From Sphingobium sp. (GTDB lineage Bacteria > Pseudomonadota > Alphaproteobacteria > Sphingomonadales > Sphingomonadaceae), in NCBI GenBank assembly GCA_035654035.1, contig DASRXY010000061.1:1-33537 (forward strand): 33,537 bases of DNA, read 5' to 3'. Shown here piece by piece: positions 18,254-25,370 of this stretch (positions are counted from its first letter, which is position 1; each line of letters opens with the position of its first letter). The notes below the pieces were generated by a model. That model did not search any database. It worked only from the letters and a program-made list of their open reading frames with translations, and was not told where the DNA came from. The translations under genes and the position numbers were made by a program.

Positions 18254-18904
18254 ATGCCGCATCCCATGACCATCGACATCGTCTCGGATGTCACCTGCCC
18301 CTGGTGCGCCATTGGTCTGCGCGGGCTGGAAGAAGGGCTGAAGCGCGCGGGCGACGCCGTGGCGGCCGAGATCCGCTTCCATCCCTATGAGCTCAATCCG
18401 GACATGCCGCCGGAGGGCGAAAACCTCGTCGCGCATTTCGCCGCGCAGTATGGCGCGCCGGCCGAGAAGACGGCGGAGGGCCGCGCGCTGCTCAAGGCGA
18501 AAGCAGCCGAGCTGGGCTTCGTCATGGCGATGAGCGAAGAGAGCCGCCTCTGGAACACTTTCGACGCTCATCGCCTTCTCCATTGGGCGGGCCTGGAAGG
18601 GCGTCAGCTTGCGCTCAAGCATGCGCTCTTCGCGGCCTATTTCACGCGCGAGGAAAATCTCTCCGATCCCGAGGTGCTGGTGCGTGCGGCCGTGGACGCC
18701 GAGCTGGACGGCGAAGAGGCGCGCGCGGTGATCGAATCGGATCGCTACACGACCGCCGTCCGCCATGCCGAGCGCGTGTGGCAGGAGCGCGGGGTCAACG
18801 CCGTCCCGGCCTATATCTTCGCCGGACGCTACATCGTCTCGGGCGCGCAATCGCCCGAGGGGTTCGAGGACCTGCTGCGCCGCATCGCGCGGGGCGCGGC
18901 CTGA
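18254..18904 (+). CDS. DsbA-family (FrnE-like) oxidoreductase
   Basis: SDVTCPWCAIG, ELNPDMP, NTFDAHRL, cis-Pro AVP, SGAQ. Confidence 0.92.
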   Translation: MPHPMTIDIVSDVTCPWCAIGLRGLEEGLKRAGDAVAAEIRFHPYELNPDMPPEGENLVAHFAAQYGAPAEKTAEGRALLKAKAAELGFVMAMSEESRLWNTFDAHRLLHWAGLEGRQLALKHALFAAYFTREENLSDPEVLVRAAVDAELDGEEARAVIESDRYTTAVRHAERVWQERGVNAVPAYIFAGRYIVSGAQSPEGFEDLLRRIARGAA

Positions 18905-18911
18905 GCGCCGG

Positions 18912-19451
18912 TCAACCGATCCGCATTGTCATGCCGGGCCGCAGCAGCGGCAGGATCGCGCGCATGCTCTCCGGCGCCACGGCGACGCAGCCCTCGGTGG
19001 CCCTGGGCGCACCGCCGGGGCCGGTCACCCACTGGTGGAAGAAGATGGCGCTGCCCAGCCTCGGCGCCGGCGGCGCGTCGTTATGGCCGAGGATAACGAG
19101 GGCGTCATAGGCCTGATCCTCCCGCGCCAGCCTCTCATGGCTGGTCGGGCGAGGCAGCGCGACGGGGCGGTTATAGGCGGAGTCGGCGGGGTCGTCGCAC
19201 CAGCCGTCATTGTCGCGGATCCAGCGCCAGGGCACGCTCAGGCGCCCGCCCAGGTCCGCCAGCGTGATGCGCCCCGGCCGCAGCAGCACCGCGCGCACAG
19301 GCCAGTCGCCAAGCGGTGTCGCGCCGTCCCCCTCGCGCTTATCGGCGGCCGGCCGCGCGCCGCCCTTGCCGATGACGCAGGGGCAGAACAGCCCGTCGAG
19401 CGCCAGCACCCGGTGCCGCGTATCGACGCGGATCACATCCGGATCGAACAT
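18912..19451 (-). CDS. L,D-transpeptidase (YkuD) family protein
   Basis: KREGDGATPLG, WCDDP, YNRPV, GSAIFFH, TEGCVA; start chosen at ATG 19451. Confidence 0.88.
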   Translation of the reverse strand: MFDPDVIRVDTRHRVLALDGLFCPCVIGKGGARPAADKREGDGATPLGDWPVRAVLLRPGRITLADLGGRLSVPWRWIRDNDGWCDDPADSAYNRPVALPRPTSHERLAREDQAYDALVILGHNDAPPAPRLGSAIFFHQWVTGPGGAPRATEGCVAVAPESMRAILPLLRPGMTMRIG

Positions 19452-19461
19452 ACCGCCCGGC

Positions 19462-20526
19462 TCATAGCTGATGCCCGGTGCGATCGCGCTTGGTGGCGAG
19501 ATAACGGGCATTGTGCGGATTGGCCGGCACCGCCAGCGGCAGGCGCTCGACGACGCGAATTCCCGCACCCTCCAGCCCCGCGACCTTGGCGGGATTGTTG
19601 GTGAGCAGGCGCACCGCATCGATTTCCAGCAGCCGCAGCATCCGCGCCGCGACACCGAAATCGCGCGCATCGATGGCAAAGCCCAGGCGGACATTGGCGT
19701 CCACCGTGTCGAAGCCCTGATCCTGGAGCGCATAGGCGCGCAGCTTGTTGATGAGGCCGATGCCACGCCCCTCCTGCCGCAGATAGAGCAGCACGCCCCA
19801 GCGCGCGTCAGCGATCTCGTGGAGCGCGGCGTGGAGCTGGGGCCCGCAATCGCATTTGAGCGAGCCGAGCACGTCGCCGGTCAGGCATTCGCTGTGCAGG
19901 CGCACCACTGGCGGGGACGCATCGCGCGTGCCGATGACGAGCGCGATATGCTCGCGCGGATCCTCCGGGCTGCGGAAGGCGACGATCTGCGCGTCCTCGG
20001 CATCGGCAACCGGCAGACGCGCGCGCGCGGCAATGGCGAGGCGCTCAGGATCGGCGAAGGTGGCGATGGCTGCCAGGTCCAGCGCCGCCTCGGCCGGCGC
20101 GTCGGCCGCGCCCACGAAATAGGCCGGCAACAGCCCCGCGAGCCGCGCGAGGGAAAGCGCCGCCATCGCCGCATCGGCATGGGCCAGCGGCAGCGCGCGG
20201 AACGGCCCCTTGAACGGCGTCATCAGATCGCTCACCGGATCGGCCACCGCCATTGCCTCGGCCGCGCTGGCGATCCAGCGCTCGCGCGCGACCAGCACGG
20301 CCGCCTGCGGATCGGCCGCCTCGCGCTGGTTGGCGAGCTTGAGCGTGGCAGCGCGCGCAGCCGAGAGAAGCAGCGGCGCCGCCCCGGTGGGATCGAAGGC
20401 CGCGAGGCTCTGCGGCGTCGCACCCTCGATGGGAAGCAGCGTGAGCGCGCCGGCTTCTCCGGCGATGCGGATGGGCCAGCCGCGGCGCAGCGCATCAATC
20501 GCGCGGGCGGCCGCGCGCGCCGCCAT
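19462..20526 (-). CDS. ribA: GTP cyclohydrolase II with degenerate N-terminal RibB-like domain
   Basis: VRLHSECLTGD, CDCGPQL, QEGRGIGL, LLTNNP; ATG overlaps the xth stop (TGATG). Confidence 0.95.
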   Translation of the reverse strand: MAARAAARAIDALRRGWPIRIAGEAGALTLLPIEGATPQSLAAFDPTGAAPLLLSAARAATLKLANQREAADPQAAVLVARERWIASAAEAMAVADPVSDLMTPFKGPFRALPLAHADAAMAALSLARLAGLLPAYFVGAADAPAEAALDLAAIATFADPERLAIAARARLPVADAEDAQIVAFRSPEDPREHIALVIGTRDASPPVVRLHSECLTGDVLGSLKCDCGPQLHAALHEIADARWGVLLYLRQEGRGIGLINKLRAYALQDQGFDTVDANVRLGFAIDARDFGVAARMLRLLEIDAVRLLTNNPAKVAGLEGAGIRVVERLPLAVPANPHNARYLATKRDRTGHQL

Positions 20527-21317
20527 CAGAGGGCGAATTCCGTGATGAGCGGCGCGTGGTCGCTCGGCCGCATCCAGCCGCGCGCTTCCTCCACGACGAG
20601 ATGGCGCACCGCCTTCTCGGCCAGTTCGGGGCTGGCCCACATATGATCGAGCCGCCGACCCCGATCCGAGCTGGCCCAATCGCGCGCGCGATAGCTCCAC
20701 CAGGTGTAGAGCCGCTGCGGCGCCGGCACGAAACGGCGGCCCAGATCCACCCAGTCATGGCTGGCCTGGAGACGGGCGAGCAGCTCACATTCGATGGGCG
20801 TGTGGCTGACGACATTGAGGAGCTGCTTGTGGCTCCACACATCGCATTCCAGCGGTGCCACGTTGAAATCGCCAAGCAGCAGCGTGGGTGTGCTGAGCTT
20901 GCCGGACCAGTCGATCATCCGTTCCAGAAAATCGAGCTTCTGGCCGAATTTGGGGTTGATGGTGCGGTCCGGTTCCTCGCCGCCGGCGGGGATATAGACG
21001 TTTTCGATGCGCAGGCCGTTGTCGAGCCGCACGCCGATATGACGCGCCTCGCCATTGCCCTGCCAGTCCAGCCGGTCATCGTCGCGCATGGGGATGCGCG
21101 AAACGATGGCCACGCCATGGTGCATGGGCTGGCCATTGAGCATCTGATGATTGTAGCCATGACGGCGGAACAGCCCTTCCGGGAAGGTGCCATTCACCAC
21201 CTTCGTCTCCTGAAGGCACAGGATGTCGGGCGCATAATCGACAAGGAAGCGCTCGACGATGTCGAGCCGGGCACGGACGGAGTTGATATTCCAGGAAGCA
21301 ATCTTGAGTGTGGACAT
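20526..21317 (-). CDS. xth: Exodeoxyribonuclease III
   Basis: SWNINSVRAR, LQETK, GDFNVAP, YTWWSYR, RRLDH, SDHAP. Confidence 0.96.
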   Translation of the reverse strand: MSTLKIASWNINSVRARLDIVERFLVDYAPDILCLQETKVVNGTFPEGLFRRHGYNHQMLNGQPMHHGVAIVSRIPMRDDDRLDWQGNGEARHIGVRLDNGLRIENVYIPAGGEEPDRTINPKFGQKLDFLERMIDWSGKLSTPTLLLGDFNVAPLECDVWSHKQLLNVVSHTPIECELLARLQASHDWVDLGRRFVPAPQRLYTWWSYRARDWASSDRGRRLDHMWASPELAEKAVRHLVVEEARGWMRPSDHAPLITEFAL

Positions 21318-21385
21318 GGCGCAGTCCCTAGCCGCCCTTGACGCACAACCCAAGCGCCTGACCAATCTTTTTTGCCGGCGCCACC

Positions 21386-21520
21386 CAAGAAAGACCCTCG
21401 CTCCGGGGGCTGGAGCGAGGGTCTAGAAAAAGCGCTTGGGGCGCAGAAGTGGCGGGGATCGAAGGGCCCGGGCAACAGGGGGGGAATCCCGGGGGCGATC
21501 CCTCGCCACGCCTTGCCTTC
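21386..21520 (-). ncRNA. Candidate small RNA or leader RNA with C-rich loops
   Basis: Long stem 21449-21509 with a C7 loop on the minus strand, followed by a perfect 13-bp hairpin 21392-21424 (loop AGCCCCC) and TTCTT. Confidence 0.55.
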
Positions 21521-21658
21521 TAGCTGGGCCCAGATGAGCGCTGGATGAATGAAAATGAACAAGGTGCTGTCTGTCGTGCGGCGGGCATGGTTGGTCGCCC
21601 GAAGCCGGCGCGCGGTCTTGGCATGCGATTATCTAATTTTCGCGGAGAGGAGGTGGGG

Positions 21659-21800
21659 TCACGCGGAGGCACGGAGATGCAGAGAGAGAGAGAGAGAGAG
21701 AGAATGCCAGCGCCGCTGGCGCTCGGCATCGTGCTCAGATCATCGACCTGGAGAAAGCGCCTTCGATACCACATTCGCTCTGCACGCTCTGCGCGAGAAC
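21659..21800. repeat. Palindromic repeat element containing an (AG)11 microsatellite
   Basis: Left end TCACGCGGAGGCACGGAGATGCAGAG is imperfectly inverted relative to right end CTCTGCACGCTCTGCGCGAG; AG x11 at 21681-21702. Confidence 0.65.
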
Positions 21801-21851
21801 CGCTCCGCGTCTCCGGCTGAAGCGCTCCTGGCTTGAGGACGCCCGCCATTG

Positions 21852-21935
21852 GCTTATCCGGCAGAGCGGGAAGCGTTGGGTCACCGCCTCTAATCCCGTG
21901 CAGCTATGGGAGATTCCCGCTTTCGCAGGAATGAC
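21852..21935. repeat. REP-like element (GTCATTCCCGCGAAAGCGGGAATC type)
   Basis: Well-preserved arm GGGAGATTCCCGCTTTCGCAGGAATGAC (21908-21935); degenerate partner TTATCCGGCAGAGCGGGAAG (~21854-21873). Confidence 0.7.
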
Positions 21936-22021
21936 GCGTGGAGAGGCGATGGCGCGCCGCATGGGGCAGCGAGGCGTTTCCCTCTGCGGGGGTGTGCTTT
22001 TGCGTTAAGGGACGGAGGGTG

Positions 22022-22189
22022 TCGCGCAGAGGCACAGAGGGCACGGAGAAAAGATCCAACGGCATTAGCGTGCGGCCTATGCGTAGTGGAGCGGGACCAT
22101 CCGTGGCGTGGCGGAGCGACGCGGATGGCCGCCCAGCCTCCCTGGACGAAGCTTTTTCCCTTCTTCGTGTCTGCCGGGCTTCTGCGCGA
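22022..22189. repeat. Palindromic repeat element, same end family as 21659-21800
   Basis: TCGCGCAGAGGCACAGAGGGCACGGAGAA inverted relative to TTCTTCGTGTCTGCCGGGCTTCTGCGCGA; internal hairpin CCATCCGTGGCGT...GACGCGGATGG. Confidence 0.65.
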
Positions 22190-22228
22190 ATCGAAAAATC
22201 GCGACGCACAATTGCGGGCGCCGCGCCC

Positions 22229-23791
22229 TTACTCCCGGTCCATCTCCTGCATCGCCTTCTCACGCGCGAGCTGCACTTCCGCATTGCGGGCGAGCGTATC
22301 GAAGCCGGCCATGAAATTGTTGAGTTGCGGCGCGGGGATGCCCTGGAAGAGATATTCGCTGCGCCGCGCGGCCATGCCGTTGATGATGGCGACGACGCGC
22401 TCGCCCTCCTTCGTGGGGGCAAAGAAGCCGTGGCGCCGGCCGGGCTTGCCGCTGCGCGCGACGAGGCCAAGCTCCATCAGGCGCTTGACCGTGCGGCCTG
22501 CCTGACTCTGGTCGCGATAGAGGGCGAGCACGAGCTGGGGCCAACTGATCGGCGGGTCGCGGCTCACTTCCACCAGCACCCACGTGTCGAAATTGGAGAG
22601 GCCGGTCTTGCGCTTGTAGCCCAGCGCGCCGCCGCGCATGATGTAGGAGCACAGCGTCATGAAGGGTGGCAGGATATAGGCGCGATCGACGGGCAGGCGG
22701 CCGCCGGGCTCGCGGTCCATCTCACGATGATCGGGGAAATCCACTTCCGCATCCATGCCATGCGCCGCCTGGGCGAGCTTGCGTTCCTCCTCGTAGAGCG
22801 TCATCGCGCGGCCCAGCAGGATGTCGAGCACGCCGAAGACATCGACGAGCTGATCGTCAGCGATGCCGAAGCTGAGCTCCCGGTTGCGCAGTTCAGCCAG
22901 CCGCACGAATCGCTCGGCCATCTGCCGGCCCGACTCGCTGAGCTTGAGGGGACTGCGGATGCCGGCGCGCTCCACCAGCCCGTCTTGCGTGAGGCGTTTG
23001 ATGGCGCGGCTGATCTGAGCCTTGTCGACACCGTTCGCCAGTGAGACAGAGGCCAGCGTCATGCCGCCCTGCGCCTGGAGCAGCAGCAGGATGCGCCGAT
23101 CCAGCTCGTTGATCTGGTCGGCGCGTGCGAAGGCGATATTGGCACTGTCGCGCGCGTTGCGCAGGAAAATCCACAAGCTCGCCTGGAACTTGCGGTGCTT
23201 GGCCGCCGCGCCGCCCCAGGCGCGCGTGACGGTGATGCCGGCCAGCAGCGTTTCGAGCTGCCCATCATAATCGGGCAGCGTATCGTCTTCTGCGAGGGCG
23301 GGATGGGCCTGCTCGGCGATGACCCAGGCGCCGGCGAACCGATCGATCAGCTGGATGGCGGCGCGCGCGTCAAAGGGCGAGAAGCCCGCCTCGCACAGCC
23401 GCTGCGTCAGGTCGATGCCCGGCGGATCGGCATCGGGCATGGTGGCGAGACTGGCGAAGAGCAGCCCGCCATCGCGGCGCGAGAGCATGGCCGCGCGCAT
23501 GGCCCTGCCGTGCTCCTGCAACAGCTCTCGCCAGCCGCCGCCAGCGGGCGCACCGCCGCGCGCGACCTGCTGTGCGGCCATGGCCTGCGCCACGGCCGTC
23601 AGCAGGGCCTCGTGCGTGGGAAATTGCACCGCCACATTGGCCTGCGTACAGCCCAGCCGGCCGGCGAGCGCCGGCAATGTCAAACCCGTCAAACCCCGCT
23701 CGTCGAGCAGCGCCATCGCGGAAGCCACGACGATACCCTGCCCGGGAACGGAGGCGGACCGCGTCATGGCGGCCCCGCCTCTGGTCGGCAT
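22229..23791 (-). CDS. Transcriptional regulator, TetR-MarR-MarR fusion
   Basis: TetR-class N-terminal part (ALLDERGL.GLTL..LA.RLG; WRELL...RAAMLSRRDGG; LCEAGFS) followed by two winged-helix MarR domains (VDKAQISRAIKRL..DGLV; RDQSQAGRTVKRL.ELGLV). RBS GGAGAAAAGGA before ATG 23791. Confidence 0.88.
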   Translation of the reverse strand: MPTRGGAAMTRSASVPGQGIVVASAMALLDERGLTGLTLPALAGRLGCTQANVAVQFPTHEALLTAVAQAMAAQQVARGGAPAGGGWRELLQEHGRAMRAAMLSRRDGGLLFASLATMPDADPPGIDLTQRLCEAGFSPFDARAAIQLIDRFAGAWVIAEQAHPALAEDDTLPDYDGQLETLLAGITVTRAWGGAAAKHRKFQASLWIFLRNARDSANIAFARADQINELDRRILLLLQAQGGMTLASVSLANGVDKAQISRAIKRLTQDGLVERAGIRSPLKLSESGRQMAERFVRLAELRNRELSFGIADDQLVDVFGVLDILLGRAMTLYEEERKLAQAAHGMDAEVDFPDHREMDREPGGRLPVDRAYILPPFMTLCSYIMRGGALGYKRKTGLSNFDTWVLVEVSRDPPISWPQLVLALYRDQSQAGRTVKRLMELGLVARSGKPGRRHGFFAPTKEGERVVAIINGMAARRSEYLFQGIPAPQLNNFMAGFDTLARNAEVQLAREKAMQEMDRE

Positions 23792-23834
23792 GTCCTTTTC
23801 TCCCCTCAGACCGGTGCCGCGCCTATGTGTCGCC

Positions 23835-23868
23835 ATGGTTGATCGTCTTTGCCGGATCGGTCAACCAT
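23835..23868. promoter_or_regulatory. Inverted-repeat operator candidate
   Basis: ATGGTTGATCG-N12-CGGTCAACCAT (10/11 match) in the divergent promoter region of the regulator. Confidence 0.55.
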
Positions 23869-24037
23869 TGTCTCCGCGCGGGCAGATGCGTTCCATGCTG
23901 GTACAACGCACAAGACGCTCATAAGGACCATCTGCGGCCTTGACGCGCACCGCCCGGCTGCGAGAAACAGGCGCGAAGGAGCCGCCCCGTGCGGCGAGGT
24001 GGGCCGTGACTCGCGCCCAAGGGAAGAGGAGCTTGGA

Positions 24038-24589
24038 ATGCGGTTTGAACGGTTGATCCTGACCCTGGGAACGCTGGCGGTAGGCTGTGTCGGCTCGGCC
24101 GCGATGGCGCTCGATCCGCTCGACGCGATCGGCGTGTGCTCGCGCATTTCCAAGAAGGATGCCCGCCTCGAATGCTACGATCAGGTCGCGCGCGACAGCG
24201 CCTCGGGCCGTCTGCAGAGCAGCGCGCCAGCCTCGCAGCAGGGCTGGGCCGCTCCGGTCGGCGGCGCGCAAACCCCTGCCCCGCAGAGCGCGCAGGCGCC
24301 GGCTGCCAGTGGCTTCGGCGCCGAGGCGCTGCCGCGCACCCAAGCCGAGCGCCGCGAGACGAGCGGACCTGATTCCCTCGAGGCACAGGTCGCGTCCTCC
24401 ACCGACAATGGCCTGGGCCAGTGGCGCATCCGCCTGGCCGACGGCGCGGTCTGGCAGATGACCGAGCGCGTCAGCATGTTCCGTCCGCCGGCACCCAACG
24501 AAACGGTCACGATCCGCAAGGGGGCGCTGGGCAGCTACCTCATGGATGTCGGCAAGCAGGGCTCCGTGCGCGTGACGCGCGTGCGCTAG
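24038..24589 (+). CDS. Exported hypothetical protein (C-x10-CYD module plus C-terminal beta-rich domain)
   Basis: RBS GAGGAG; signal peptide; CSRISKKDARLECYD; Ala/Pro/Gln linker; FGAE; LADGAVWQ...VTIRKGALGSY...VRVTRVR. Confidence 0.85.
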   Translation: MRFERLILTLGTLAVGCVGSAAMALDPLDAIGVCSRISKKDARLECYDQVARDSASGRLQSSAPASQQGWAAPVGGAQTPAPQSAQAPAASGFGAEALPRTQAERRETSGPDSLEAQVASSTDNGLGQWRIRLADGAVWQMTERVSMFRPPAPNETVTIRKGALGSYLMDVGKQGSVRVTRVR

Positions 24590-25370
24590 GCGCAACGCGG
24601 CCGACCGGACGGCTGGAGCATCATCAGTCCGGACGGTCAAAGCCGGCGGACGAAGAACGGAGCGAGATGTCTCTCCGGGGAGGCACTCCGCTGCCGCAGC
24701 TGTGACCTGCGTGCACCATATGGGCAGGGATGGCGGGCAATGAGCCCGGACCCGGCCGCGTCCATGCGTCTGAACCGGCGCCTTTTCTTTGGCCATCCCG
24801 CCGTCCCCTTTGCCACAGAGCCCTGCTCACGCCGGGCTGGATCGTGGCAAAGGCGCCGATTCGCTGCTTCCCAATGGCAACAGCGAGGTGATGCTCTTTT
24901 GTCACAAGGCGGCCGTCTCGTTGACTTTGCCCACGGTCGTCAACTGGACAACCCCCCCGGCGAACCGTAAACAGCGGGCCATCCACGGCTACGGAAAATG
25001 GCCAAAACAAGGTTTTCGCAGGGAGAGCAGGGATTATCGCAAGCAGGGACCTGAGGCGGCCGAAAGGCCGTGACGACCTGGCAACGCGACCACTGCGTGC
25101 GCTCCGCCATTCCTATTCGCTCGCCCGCAACAGCTGCGGCCATTCGCCGACGGGGCGAGCCCTTATCGACCACTCAACAGCTTGTCCGCGCCCGGTTGCC
25201 CGGGGGCGGCGTTCTGCCGCGCCGGGGACTCCCGCTTTGCGGCCGATCGAAGGAGCGGTCCGACCCGGCCCGGCAGCGGGCCCAACAACATAGACGCGAT
25301 GGACAACCCGTTTCGATGATCCCGCCCGGGGGCGCGAAACGTCAACTTGATTACCAAGGGGAGAACGGTC

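Noticed and set aside
16049..18850. 933-aa minus-strand ORF
   Set aside because: Antisense to the ABC exporter and DsbA genes; Arg/Ala/His-rich shadow translation.
20030..20526. Extra N-terminal domain on RibA as a novel fusion
   Set aside because: Consistent with the degenerate RibB-like domain commonly seen on alphaproteobacterial GTP cyclohydrolase II.
21659..22189. Possible CRISPR array or small ORFs (e.g. the RERERE peptide)
   Set aside because: Repeats are inverted and irregular rather than direct with constant spacers; no cas genes; the ORFs just translate the repeats.
25051..25075. Hammerhead-like CTGAGGC-GGCCGAAAGGCC-GTGAC
   Set aside because: Core residues are wrong (CUGANGA has C in place of A9; GAAA is replaced by GUGA) and I found no stems I/III.
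25020..25090. SAM-I-like words (AGGGAC...GACGACCTGGCAAC)
   Set aside because: No ATC/GAT P1 helix or downstream GTGC.AA element; the resemblance is only partial.
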